The position numbers were made by a program, and so were the translations under genes. From Chrysomallon squamiferum (taxonomy: Eukaryota; Animalia; Mollusca), in the NCBI GenBank assembly GCA_012295275.1, contig CM022670.1, positions 42,098,001 through 42,162,000 of the forward strand: a DNA stretch of 64,000 nt, given 5' to 3'. The notes beneath the pieces were generated by a model. That model was not told the DNA's origin. It made no database searches and saw nothing but the letters and a program-made list of their open reading frames with translations. Each line of letters starts with the position of its first letter. Within the stretch, counting starts at the first letter, position 1. Shown here in pieces: positions 32,915-46,847 of this stretch.

Positions 32915-33330
32915 TTAAGAGTGTAATACTGAGTTTAAGTATGTGTGTGTAATACTGAGTTTAAATATGTGTGTAATACTGAGTTTAAGTATGTGTGTGT
33001 AATATTGAGTTTAAATATGTGTGTGTAATACTGATTAAGAGTGTAAGACTGAGTTTAAGTATGTGTGTAATATTGATTAAGAGTGTAATACTGAGTTTAA
33101 GTATGTGTGTGTAATACTGAGTTTAAGTATGTGTGTGTAATACTGAGTTTAAGTATGTGTGTAATACTGAGTTTAAGTATGTGTGTAATATTGATTAAGA
33201 GTGTAATACTGAGTTTAAGTATGTGTGTGTAATACTGAGTTTAAGTATGTGTGTAATACTGAGTTTAAGTATGTGTGTAATATTGATTAAGAGTGTAATA
33301 CTGACTTTAAGACTATGTGTGTAATATTGG
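32915..33330. repeat. Compound 24-26-bp minisatellite
   Basis: TAATACTGAGTTTAAGTATGTGTG(TG) units interspersed with TAATATTGATTAAGAGTG units. Confidence 0.85.
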
Positions 33331-36044
33331 GTTTACATCTCAATCAGTTCATTCAGATGTTGATAAAAAGTAAATAAAATTAAGTTAAATAAAATTAAAA
33401 AATAACAATCAAAGAAAACAAAAAAACCCATCTGTTTGGTATCGGACAGCTAAATATCAAATGTTACATGTATTGGACCAATACGTTTGGAAATGTAGAC
33501 TTTCTCAATTTGACATTTTTGGTTACAAATTTTTAGAGTCTGAGTTTGCGGAATGTTCTTCATAATGTTGGTGTTGCTGGATATTATTATTTATTTATTT
33601 ATTTTAGTTTTTAAATTATTTTTTGACACAGGACCATGTCAAGAGTTCATAATATTTTGACCTTTACTTTTGATCTTGTGGATGCTCTGACACTAAACTG
33701 ACCTTTAGTTAGTATTATAGCCCAAGGTATTAGTAACAACATACACAATGTTTAGAGATGCAATGTTCTTCATAAATCAGTAACATACAATCAAATTAAA
33801 AATGTTTGAGGAATAATGTATGGTTTCCGATATCAAGCATTGTTAAATGTTAACTGGATCTAGCAGTCATCAATTACCACTTCACATAGAGTCCTGCTTT
33901 GCAATATTCAGCTGAACTTTCTGCCTGGTAACCTTGCACTTGGTGATTTGACACGAAATGATCCTACTGACTGAATACTGTGAATGGACTGAGTACCCTG
34001 AGTTAGAGAGATATATTTAAAAAGTTAAATAATATAATATAATAAAAACACAACCAACAATAATAACAACAACAATAACAAAACAAAAAATAAATAAAAA
34101 TCCCCCAAAAGACAAAAAACAACAACAAACAAAGAGTGAATTTGTGAAATATTTCAGTCTGTTGTTTGACAGCCGGTGTGAGTAGTTGTTCCTGAATCTG
34201 ATAATTCACAATACAGTCACTAAAACGTTATAAGAAAAGAAATGAATAAACCTACAACCGTTAAAAGATTAACAACAAATACCAGGAAGGCAGATTTATT
34301 TTAAAAAAAGCAACACAACACAGCTAAAACATTGCTGGAGTAGACATATCTGAATGTTCTTTGATATTATAGTGAAGACTGGTAGAGTTTTCGTCAGCTA
34401 AAAGTAAGATACTACAATATTTGCATGTAAACAATGCAATTTAGATGTTATAACGAGGCTGAGAGGAACACGCTGATTGGTTAGGTATCATTCAAGTGTT
34501 TGTAATTCAGATTTTGCTGAATACTGTCTGTTTTTTTCTAAAACAAAGGCGGCCATTTTGTTTGCAAAATTCTCGCGATAAGCGGCGAATTAAACTCGAT
34601 GTTAGGATCATAAACAAAATAAATATACAGTACATTTATATTATCTATCAGCAGTATTGCTTGAATGCTGAATTCCACCCCAGTGAAAATAAACTGATAA
34701 CTTCTTAAAAATATAATACGTATTTTAAAACTTGGTTTATTTTATCAGAGAAACTGTCAATACTCAGATAAGTACAATCAAATCATATAAGTACAAAGCT
34801 AAGAAAATTATTTTGTTTCTACAAAAATATCTATTTGCGCCTTTATTTGCTTTTAATCTCACAGTTAAAGAGTTGATTGCACCTAATTAGCATATGCAAC
34901 ACCTTTCTGAAGTCGCTCTAATGATTAGAGTGTATTACAGAGGATTTTATAATATCAAATGCTTCTAATACTTTTGAGTAACACACACACACACACAAAC
35001 AGACACACTTGTTCCATTAATAATTTAAAATATGTAACAGTGAAAAGAAAGATATGCGTTGTTTTAACAATCTTAAAGTGCCAAGAGATGACTCGGAGTG
35101 TCTTAGAAAGTATCTGAAATTGAATCTATAACGTTAATAAACAAAATTAATGTGCAGTTTGTATATAAAACATTTGATAACTTTCCAGCTCAATTGTACG
35201 TAACATGGCATGGGAATAAGAATAAAGAAAAATAAATAATAATGACGATGAAGATGATGATGACGACAATAAACAAAACAAATGTGGTATATAGATTTAA
35301 TAATAATAAAAAATAATAAATAAAAAGAAAAATATATAAATAAATACGGTAAATAAATAAAAATGAGGTTTTCAAAATCTAATATTTATTTTAACGTTGT
35401 AAGGCTTTGCTTGTTCTGGAGAAAACAAAAAACTTTTAAAAACGTATCAGAACGGATCAGACTTTTGTGTAATTTGTGAACTGCACACACGGAGATGACC
35501 AATACATGTTTGACAAAGACAGAAGGAAATAAATTACCACGTTTCCAGTCAGAAAATATCGATTAACCAGTCCATCAGCACGCACTGATCACTCACCCGG
35601 ACACCTGATAATCCCTTCTGTCAACTTTATGCATGACCGGATGTGCACACACGTACTTCCGGTCATTATGTATGGCCAGCAGGTAAGAATTTTAGAAATG
35701 AGAAAATAATCCTAAAATATGTACGTGTTTGTATGTGTGTGTGTGTGTGTCTATGTGTTTGTAAGTGTGTGTATGTGTGTGTACGTGTTTGTAAGTGTGT
35801 GTATGTGTGTCTACGTGTTTGTAAGTGTGTCTACGTGTTTGTAAGTGTGTGTATGTGTGTCTGTGTCGAGACATGCTCGTATGTCTTCGTTGCAGTTTAT
35901 TTTATTATAAATAAATAAATAAAGAAAGAAAGAAAGAAAGAAAGAAAGAAAAAAGAAAAAAAACAAAATAGAAAAAGACAAAAATTGAAATAAAACTTTT
36001 AGCTTCTTAAGTTACCAACAATTCTTATTTTCTGCTGGCTTCCA

Positions 36045-36106
36045 ACAGTAGTAGTAGTAGTAGTAGTAGCAGCAGCAGTAGTAGCAGCAGCAGCAGCAGT
36101 AGTAGT

Positions 36107-36138
<32 letters not shown>

Positions 36139-36232
36139 TAGCAGCAGCAGTAGTAGTAGTAGCAACAGCAGCAGTAGTAGTAGTAGTAGCAGCAGCAGCA
36201 GTAGTAGTAGTAGCAGCAGCAGTAGTAGTAGT

Positions 36233-36264
<32 letters not shown>

Positions 36265-36419
36265 CAGCAGCAGCAGCAGCAGCAGTAGTAGCAGCAGTAG
36301 TAGTAGTAGTAGTAGTAGCAGCAGCAGCAGTAGTAGTAGTAGTAGCAGCAGCAAATAGGTGTAGTAGTAGTAGCAGCAACAGCAATAGCAGCAGCAGCAG
36401 TAGTAGTAGTAGTAGTAGT

Positions 36420-36484
<65 letters not shown>

Positions 36485-36505
36485 TAGTAGCAGCAGCAGC
36501 AGTAG

Positions 36506-36559
<54 letters not shown>

Positions 36560-36704
36560 CAGCAGCAGCAGCAGTAGTAGTAGTAGCAGCAGCAGCAGTA
36601 GTAGCAGCAGCAGTAGTAGTAGTAGTAGCAGCAGCAGCAGCAATAGGTGTAGTAGTAGTAGCAGCAACAGCAATAGCAGCAGCAGCAGTAGTAGTAGTAG
36701 TAGT

Positions 36705-36772
<68 letters not shown>

Positions 36773-36864
36773 TAGCAGCAGCAGTAATAGTAGTAGTAGT
36801 AGTAGTAGCAGCAGCAGTAGTAGTAGTAGTAGCAATAGGAGTAGTAGTAGTAGCAGCAGCTAGT
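36045..36864. repeat. About 820-bp compound (CAG)/(TAG) trinucleotide microsatellite
   Basis: Interleaved GCA and GTA runs; the interruption AATAGGTGTAGT...CAACAGCAATAG occurs twice, near 36353 and 36642. Confidence 0.95.
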
Positions 36865-37983
36865 AAACAACTTTTTTCTTCTTTTTTTTCTAAATCTTTA
36901 TTACTTTGATGTAAGAGTCTTTGCTATTTATTTATTTATTTATTTATTTATTTATTAATTAATTAATTTATTTATTTATTTATTTATTAATTAATTTATG
37001 GCACTTTCCATATCAGATCACACAGTTATAAAACTCTGGTGATAATTCGTGCTGAAAAGGGGCGTGGTCACCAATATTTAGATTATTATAAATCTGTGTA
37101 TGTAATTTCACAAGAGGATTATTATTTTTATTTTTGTTGGTTGTTGTTTTTTTGCCTTGGGATAATATGAAGTCATGACCTTTTGACTTTTTCTATGAAC
37201 TTGAATATCATGTGTTCTTGAAATGACCGTGGATGAAAAATTAGCCCAAATGTTTTCTATACGATATAAAAAAGCTGGAGTTTTGTTATTTCTTACTAGC
37301 ATTCTACAGACTGTCTCATATTTGACACATTGCCTGTGACAAACAAATGTTTCCTTAAACTCGTCAACACACACACACAAGAAAAGAAAACAAAGTACAG
37401 TGAAATAGATTCATATATTTATTTAATAATTTTGTCATTATTATGAACAGGAACAAACTGGCAATAATACATATTAGTAACTGTAAAACACTTTAACATC
37501 AGACATGAAGAACGTTTTAAAAATGGACAGTCATTCTGAATTAATCGTGACAATGATTTGACTTATTAATTCAAAGAAACTGAAATGTCGCGTGTTTAAC
37601 ATTCTTACGAGTAACACGTTTTCTAGAAGAACGTTACTGCACAGACTTGTGAGTCACAGTTATAATTAAAGGAAGTTGTTACATGTATCTTGAATTGTCT
37701 GTTAACATTTTCTTCCTTTAGTATTTTTTCTTATCAAATTAATTAGATGAACATTTAAAATTATTTTCATTTGGTAATTTATAATTAAGACTTTATTTAT
37801 CTTTAAAAATTAAAAAGAACAGGCACTAACACACTAGTAATGTAAAATGTGTTAATTTTCATCTCACAGTTCGTCCCGCCATGATAAAGAGAGCAAAAAA
37901 AGAAAAGCAATAATTGAACAACACGACTGTAGTAATATACGACCATTTCCAAAACGTCTGCAAAGTCCGACTCGCCGTGGCGT

Positions 37984-40423
37984 TTATGGAACAATGGGCA
38001 ACGTTGCAGACGTGGAGGAGTAACCGAGACGACAACAGAGGGGGATGGCTCCTGAACAAGTTGCCATGGAGCCCCAGTTAGTGTTGACAGTGTTCACCGT
38101 TTCACAGAGCTGAAACAACAACGTCAAAATGAGCATAATAATAATCGTAATTCAAATTTTGAATAGTAAGTAAGTAAAACAAGTAAGTATAAGTTATTAT
38201 ATTTAAAACTGTATTAAGTAAACAAAATAATTAATAAAATATAAATTATTATATTTAAAACTATTTTAAATAACTCAGATAGGAAAATATAAATTTTACA
38301 TTAAAAAAATGTTCAAAATTGTTTAGATTATGTTCAGTGAATTTTAAACTGCTGTATTTTAAGTGGTGACTTAATTCAGCTTACAGCGAGGCTGTGTCCT
38401 GCTAAGTCCTGCAGTTTCTTGAAGGGCAAATTGTTGATGGTGAAAGTTCGGGTGGCTCCGGCAGTCAGTGTGACCTGGTCCAGGGAGAAAGTTGGATTCT
38501 GGTTTCCCCAGCCCCATTTCTTTGAAGTTTTCTGGCGACTGTAAATGACAGTGAGATGATTAAAACAAAATAATATTCCGTGATGTTCCTAAAACTGATG
38601 TAAGTGTGAGCTCATGATATTTTAAAAATTACGTTAAATTACTAGATACTGCTTTGCTTTTAAAATGGTCAAATTTCTGATCGGAGACATGAGAATTTCC
38701 TAAAATTAATTTAAGTGCGAGCTCTTGGTGTTTTTTTTATAATTATATTAGTAGTAAACCGTACAAATTAATTTTCTATACTTATATTTTTATAGTAAAC
38801 CGTACAAACTAATATTCTATACTTATATTTTTATAGTAAATTGTATAAACTAATTTTCTATACTTATATTTTTATAGTAAATTGTAAACTAATTTTCTAT
38901 ACTTATATTTTATAGTAAACTGTATAAACTAATTTTCTCTACTTATATTTTTATAGTAAACTGTACAAACTGATTTCCAGTACTGCTAGTGGTTCACACT
39001 CACATAGGAATGATGTTGCCCAGTTCGTTAGTGGTACAAGCCGCGGGGTCGGCGAACTGCGACAGCTCCGTGATGACGACGTTCAGCTGGGGCGTGGCAG
39101 GGAAATTGGCGCCGGTTGAGATCTGAATTTCTGCAGACAGCTGAGACATCTGGTGTCCCCAGCCATGTCCCCACTTTCGTAAACAAACAAATATATAACT
39201 TTTAATTTTCATTTAAAAACAAACAGCATTACTAGCAGTTTCATTTATTTATTTCATTTTATTTATTTATTTGTTTGTTTGTATGAGTGTAGTTTCTAAG
39301 TTTATTTATTATCGATTTGTTATATTAATTTTGTTATTTTATCATATTACGTTTATCGTGATATGTTCAAAGAAATATATTAAATAATTAGATTGTGCTA
39401 TAGCGTATCGCAGAACTTGATCTTGTAGTGTTCGTGTGTTTGAGTAGGTGTAATGTGAAATAAAGTAGAATTTTTAACTTACTCCGTAATTATTGTTAAT
39501 GTTGTTTTTGGAAAACGAGACGGCCATTGAGAAAGACATGGTTGGATCGGCGGGAACAACGAGCTGGGTGCAGGTGATGAGATGATTCTTAACTGAAAAC
39601 AAACAACATCAGTTACTACCATTAATACTAATACTACTAGTAATACTAACACTACTATTAATAATACTAATACTACTACTACTAAAACTATAGCAGCTGT
39701 CCTAGTAAGTGTGATGAATGGTTCAGGTAATGATAGGCTATGATACCGTATATCAAATTATTTTATATTAAAAGAAAAAGGAAAAGAAAGAAATCTAAAA
39801 TAAAGATCTAAATTCTGAAACAGATATACTTTTAAAAAAAATTTTTTTTATATTATTCATATTTATGTTTTAATTATTAACTTTTTAAAATTATTTTTGT
39901 AAAACTTTATTTAAGGTTTTTTGTTTTTCTTTTTAAATTCTTAGCCATGTATCTAAATTAAATGGTTAAGGTAAAAACGAGAGAAAGGTTTCTGAAGTGA
40001 AATATTTCTCAGAGTTATTGTTAGCTTACAGAAAACGTTAGAGTTATTTGAAGAGAAACTTTTACCATCTTTGTTGTTTGACTGATGTCCCTGGTTCCAG
40101 GTACGTTGTCCACCTCCCCATCCTCGTCCGTAGCTACCCCCCCAGTTCTGGTTCTGGGTGCGGCCTCCCCAGCTTCTTCCTGCCCCATGTCCACCGCTAT
40201 TTCCTCTCCATGACCCAATTCCTCCTTGCATCCAGCCACCATTGGTTCCAGCCTGAGCAGTAGCACCCCACCCTGCCTGCCCAGCCGTACCCACAGACGC
40301 TTGCTGACTTCCCCCAGACCAGCCAGATGTCTGAGCTTTACCCCAACCCTCCTGGGAAAGCGCACAGTTTAAGAGACACAAAGTCACAAACAGACGAAGA
40401 GCTTGACGTACGAATGAAGTCAT
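37984..40423 (-). CDS. Secreted SOD-fold-like protein, paralog B (about 305 aa) with Gly/Trp-rich N-terminal arm
   Basis: Exons 40423-40066, 39592-39483, 39173-39004, 38538-38385 and 38109-37984 total 918 nt with phases 1,0,2,0; an alternative same-phase donor near 40029 is possible. Signal peptide MTSFVRQALRLFVTLCLLNCALS. Motifs LITC ... LNVVITELSQFADPAACTTNELGNII ... DLAGHSLALC ... ATC ... IPLCCRLG. Confidence 0.85.
38750..38970. repeat. 41-bp intronic minisatellite, about 5 copies
   Basis: Unit TAGTAAACCGTACAAACTAATTTTCTATACTTATATTTTTA in intron 3 of paralog B. Confidence 0.85.
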
Positions 40424-40868
40424 GATGTCTTGTAAATTGATCGCTGAAATAAAAACGTTTGCATGTGTGCATCGTATCATGATTTAAATATGTAACTGAT
40501 TTACATCGATAATAATTTTTTTTTTTTACAGAAAATAAAATTATTAACAGTTATATTAATATTTTTTGAGCATGTTTATTTTATTTAAGAAGTAAATAAA
40601 TGAACAAATAAACAAAACTAAATAACTAAATAAATACAGCAGTTTTAATTAATAACACTTTTATACAGAATTTTAAAAGAAAAGAAGAAAATGCGGAGTT
40701 TTGCAGTTCTAGATTAATTTTTGTATTTATCTTTAATTCTCAGATGAGATTTTACTAGATATTTGTTTTTACAACAGATCGCTGAAGTGCAGACACAGTG
40801 AAGAAATCACACAACTATTTCAGCTAAAACAAACTGTGCTGAGCTTGCACTGTTTCTTAGTTGCTTAC

Positions 40869-40921
40869 CTGATCGCAGAGATAGATCCGATGCAGTTTGA
40901 AAAGCTGTGCAGGTTTATATA
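40869..40921 (-). promoter_or_regulatory. TATA box and short non-coding first exon of paralog B
   Basis: TATATAAA at 40921-40914, strong donor CAG|GTAAGC at 40869/40868, and acceptor ATTTCAG near 40444 just before the ATG. Confidence 0.6.
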
Positions 40922-41159
40922 GGTGAGAGATCTGTGACATAAATCACAAAACACGAACAGATCTGTCACATGCTGACAGATCGTAATCGCTTCTAATTTA
41001 ACATTACGCAACACGGGATGGACATACACATGCTTCCGGTCACTTCATAATTGTTTTTACGAGTGCAAATTGATTTACGAAACAGTCAAGAGAAAATAAT
41101 GCTAGATAAAAGTTATAATCTTTGTTTTCCACGTTTTTCGTTTCAAACACACACACACA

Positions 41160-41226
<67 letters not shown>

Positions 41227-41611
41227 CATATATATTACATGGCCGTAACTAGAATTATTTGTGAAATGATGCAAATACATGTTTGATGTCTTTGAAGTCT
41301 GTTATGTCTTTCATCGCAACGATGACGGTAGACTTCAAACGGTAACTGTAGACATAAACGAATTCATTCGAATTTATAGGAATATCTATACTTTATTATT
41401 AATTTTTTTCTTTTCCTATGAAAATAAAAATTTAATAAAAAGTATTGATTTTCGGTATATGTTAGTGTTTGTGTGAATGTCTGTGTGTGTGTTTATGTGT
41501 TTAATTAATTAATTTATTATTATTATTACTTTCTTCATAACAAATTTTTTCAAATGTAAATTTAGCAGACATTTTCATGTTAATATGTAATTGATAATCA
41601 AGTTAGTAACA

Positions 41612-41674
<63 letters not shown>

Positions 41675-43544
41675 GTGAGTTTGAGTGTTTATATCAGAAA
41701 TTTATATATATATATAATTTATCTGCATCAGTAATTTATATTTTATTATGTACTAGAAATCTGCTTACCGTTTTAAGTATTTATATCAGTAATCTCTGTT
41801 TATTTTTAGTGAATTTATATTATTGAGATATGGGTATTTTTTGTAATATAAAGATATGTGTACTGTGTTTATACTAATAATCAATAAATATTTTTAGAGT
41901 GTTTTGTAGCAGGGATGTATACAAATTATTAGTGTTCATATCGATTATATATATGTATTGATAATGTGTTTATACATTTGTTGACTGTTATACAAGTAAT
42001 ATATATGTATCTTCAGGGTGTTTATAAAGACATTTAGATTGCTGATATATACGCACTCCAGAGACATTTAGATTACTGATATAAACATAATGTAGAGACA
42101 TTAGATTACTGATATAAACATAATGTACAGACATTAGATTACTGATATAAACACACTTTAGACATTTAGATTACTGATACATCATTAAAGACTTTATTTC
42201 AGACGTTTATGTGTGTTTAACATTATACGAATCTCTTGTTATATAGTTTCTGTACGTATGGCAATTTTATGTGTATATTCACTATGTTCTTATCAGACGT
42301 ACGCACTGGATAGGTTTAACCATGGTTCCTGAAATAATTATTCTGTCAATAAAAACAGCAAGCAGAAAATAAGAATGATGATGATGATGATGAAGATGAA
42401 AAAAAAAAGAATTTTCTGCTGGTGCAATATAATTTTTTTCTCATGAAGAGAAAAGAGGATGATGAATTAAACTGTTAAATATCTATAAACTACTATGTGT
42501 GTGTATGTATGTATATGTATGTATGTGTGTGTCTGTGTGTGTGTGTACACATATATATAAATGTAAACACACACACACGGAGTAAATTTATAGATATTTA
42601 ACAGTATAATGTGTATGTATATATGTGTATGTGTGTGTATGTAATGTGTATGTATATATGTGTTGTATGTAATGTGTATGTATATATGTATGTATGTGTA
42701 TGTATGTATGTGTGTGTATGTAATGTGTATGTATATATGTGAAATTCTAATATGAGGGATTCACCTAAAGTAGCAGGATTAAAATTAACATGCACGAGAC
42801 GTCCGAGGTTTATTTATCCTCATTTTCTCTTTAAATATTTCGAAAATTCCTCCAGGACATTCAGAGGGACATTAATTTATGAAAAACACTGTGACTGTGG
42901 CTGTTTGAGAACATGACACACGTTGTCTTTGTGCTATCAACACGGACTAAACAATGAAACTGAACTTGTGTAGTTTTCGTGTCAGGCTGCTTTATGCACT
43001 CGGCCACGCTAACCCAAGGCCTACTTCTTTATTTAAACTAGTTAATAAATGACTGTTCTAAAGTACACTGAGAAATATATCTGTTTATCAGTCTTTTTAT
43101 GTGTCTATCCGTCTATCAATCTGTGTATCATCCCCTTGTCTCTCTCTATCTGTCATACATATTTCTTAAAAGTAAGTATCCGATGTACTAGCAGTCTGTT
43201 TAAGTATACAAGTTACTGACATACTATGTAACTACAGCCAGCAGTTGGGAGTTTCGTTTCTGAAAGCTGCTGGACCAGCCTGATTTTTCTGTCCGTCGTG
43301 AACTTTGACTTACTCCTTGGTAAACGGATGTCCAGCTTGTGGCAGGAATGCGATACACATACTATGAAAATAGTCAGATAGCTTAATACAATCTAACCCA
43401 TTCGGAGAATTCATTTATGGAATCATTTTATATCTTTCATCATTTTAATATTTGACTTCCTTTTTAGAATAAACACTTTAAATTTTCAAAACTATTTTCG
43501 TCTACAGTAGTTTTAAACAGTTTAAATATATATATACGTTTACT

Positions 43545-45800
43545 AATACATATACGAAACTTGTGTATAACAACACGATACAAAAAACTTGTGTATAACA
43601 ATGCGTATACAAAAAACTTGTGTATAACAACACGTGTACAAAACCTGCGTATAATAACAGGTTTACAAAACGCGTATAACAACACGTGTACAAAACTTGC
43701 GTATAACAACATGAGTACAAAACTTGCGTATACCAACGTGTACAAAATTTGCGTATAACAACACGTGTACAAAACGTGTGTATAACAACACGTGTACAAA
43801 ACTTATCATCAATACGTGTATGTCATTGTTATGTGTGTATACTGTCACCAGTACTTGTTTATAATGTCATCAGTATGTGTATAAGGTCATCAGTATGTAT
43901 GTATAATGTCATCAGTACGTGTATAATGTCATCAGTATGTATGTATAATGTCATCAGTACGTGTATAATTTCATCAGTACGTGTATAATGTCATCAGTAT
44001 GTACGTATAATGTCATCAGTATGTACGTATAATGTCATCAGTATGTACGTATAATGTCATCAGTATGTATGTATAATGTCATCAGTACGTGTATAATGTC
44101 ATCAGTATGTATATAATGTCATCGTTATGTGTGTATACTGTCATCAGTACTTGTTTATAATGTCATCAGTATGTATGTATAATGTCATCACTACGTGTAT
44201 AATGTCATCAGTATGTGTATAAGGTCATCAGTATATATGTATAATGTCATCACTACGTGTATAATGTCATCAGTATGTGTCTATAATGTCATCAGTACGT
44301 GTATAATTTCATCAGTACGTGTATAATTTCATCAGTACGTGTATAATGTCATCAGTACCTGTATAATGTCATCAGTATGTACGTATAAGGTCATCAGTAT
44401 GTATGTATAATGTTATCAGTATGTATGTATAATGTCATCAGTATGTGTTTAATGTCATCAGTATGTATATAATGTCATCAGTATGTGTATAATGTCATCA
44501 GTACGTGTATAATGTCCTCAGTATGTGTATAATGTCATCACTACGTGTATAATGTCATCAGTATGTATGTATAATGTCATCAGTATGTATGTATAATGTC
44601 ATCAGTATGTATGTATAATGTCATCAGTATGTGTATAATTTCATCACTACGTGTATAATGTCATCAGTATGTATGTATAATGTCATCAGTACGTGTATAA
44701 TGTCATCAGTATGTGTATAATGTCATCAGTACGTGTCTATAATGTCTTTAGTATGTGTATAATGTCATCAGTAAATGTGAATAATGACATCAGTATGTGT
44801 GTATAATGTCATCAGTACGTGTCTATAATGTCTTTAGTATGTGTATAATGTCATCAGTATATGTGAATAATGATATTAGTATGTGTGTATAATGTCTTCA
44901 GTATGTGTGTATAATGTCATCAATATGTGTGTATAATGTCATCAGTATGTGTGTATAATGACATCAGTATGTGTGTATAATGACATCAGTATGTGTGTAT
45001 AATGTCTTCAGTATATGTGTATAATGTCATCTGTATGTGTATAATGTCATAAGTATGTGTGTATAATATCATCAGTATGTGTATAATAAATCAGTATGTG
45101 TGTATAATATCATCTGTACGTGTATAACTAGATCAGTATATGTGTATAATGTCATCAGTATGTGTGTATAATGACATCAGTATGTGTGTATAATGACATC
45201 AGTATTTATATGTCTTCAGTATGTGTGTATAATGTCATCTGTATGTGTATAATGTCATAAGTATGTGTGTATAATATCATCTGTCATAACTAGATCAGTA
45301 TATGTGTATAATGTCATCAGTATGTGTGTATAATGACATCAGTATGTGTGTATAATGACATCAGTATTTATATGTCTTCAGTATGTGTGTATAATGTCAT
45401 CTGTATGTGTATAATGTCATCAGTATGTGTGTATAATATCATCTGTACGTGTATAACTAGATCAGTATATGTGTATAATGTCATCAGTATGTGTGTATAA
45501 TGACATCAGTATGTGTGTATAATGACATCAGTATTTATATGTCTTCAGTATGTGTGTATAATGTCATCTGTATGTGTATAATGTCATAAGTATGTGTGTA
45601 TAATATCATCAGTATGTGTATAATAAATCAGTATGTGTATAATGTCATCAGTATGTGTGTATAATATCATCTGTATGTGTATAACGAGATCAGTATATGT
45701 GTATAATGTCATCAGTATGTGTGTATAATATCATCTCTATGTGTATAATGACATCAGTATGTGTGTATAATGTCATCAGTATGTGTGTATAATGACATCG
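43545..45800. repeat. Large minisatellite block: 27-bp units (43545-43800), then about 2 kb of 21-23-bp units
   Basis: GTATAACAACACGTGTACAAAACTTGC copies, followed by GTATAATGTCATCAGTAT(GT)n copies with local higher-order duplications at 45000-45700. Confidence 0.92.
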
Positions 45801-46079
45801 GTGTGTGTGTACAATATCATCAATATGTAAATAATGTCATCGTGCTTGTATCGTGTTTTAAAGTTTATTGTGTTTGTATCATGTTTTGAGTCAGCTTTTA
45901 TAAAAGTTTGTTTACAGTTTTGTGTTTTTATCATTTTGATACAATGAAGATACAATTCGCAAAACAAAGTTACGAAAGGCAATTTAATAGGTCATACTGA
46001 AGATTTATCCCATGAGGGAGATAATTCATAACATCTAAGGGAGATAATGCACAATATGTGTTAAATTTTTCAGTTTGGT

Positions 46080-46375
46080 TGTGTTTGTATCAACTTTTTA
46101 AATTTATTGTCTTTGTATCATGTTTTAAAGTTTATTGTGTTTTTATCATGTTTTATTTTTATCGTGTTTGTATCATGTTTTGAAGTTTGTTTGTATCATG
46201 TTTTTATGTTTAATGTGTTTGCATTATGTTTTAAAGTTTATTGTGTTTCCATCATGTTTTGAAGTTCATTTTTTTGTATCATGTTTTGAAGTTTATTGTG
46301 TTTGTATGTTTTCAAGTTTATCATTTGAATCATGTTTTGAAATTCATTGTATTTGTATCATAGTTTGTATCATAG
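46080..46375. repeat. Degenerate minisatellite of about 28 bp
   Basis: TGTGTTTGTATCATGTTTT(A/G)AAGTTTAT-like units. Confidence 0.7.
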
Positions 46376-46847
46376 TGTAACTTCCTTTGTTACCTATTTT
46401 GTTTATATTTCGTAGGAATTTATCATTCTTTGATATATTTAACGTTAATTAATCTTAATTTCTTTACTAATGGATTAAGGAAATTAATTACAGCTTAGGA
46501 GCTTTAACTCATATGAAATACATTGCATTCATAATTCTCCGTTTGCATACCATGGTATCTGCGCTGATAACGCTCGTACAATCAGTAAGTGCGTGGAACG
46601 TCATCAGCTTGTGTGTACATGGTTATATTAGCTAACTGTGAATAGTATGTGTGTATGACGTAATTACACTGTTTGTATGATGTCAGACCTTGTATAAGTA
46701 CCTAAATATGAAGTAAAAGTAAATATTGAAATTTAAATAAAAATAACAAAAACAACGAGACGAGCCGAAACAGCCCAAGTAGTGGCATCAGTAATTTTTA
46801 TCACTCTGCGGAGAAAGACGAGCACGTGCAATGTACAGTTTAAGGTT

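Noticed and set aside
35999-36870. 278-aa poly-Leu/Ala/Thr and 281-aa poly-Cys/Tyr ORFs
   Set aside because: Translations of a CAG/TAG microsatellite, with no credible start context, splice sites or complex sequence.
40066-40360. GW/WG repeats suggesting an Argonaute-binding (GW182-like) protein
   Set aside because: The protein has a signal peptide and a disulfide-type domain, so it should be secreted and separated from Argonaute.
10695-40423. A single inverted segmental duplication explaining both ZNF(-)/ZNF-remnant(+) and paralog A(+)/paralog B(-)
   Set aside because: Gene order is not mirrored, and the ages differ greatly: the ZNF linker copy is near-identical while A and B are highly diverged.
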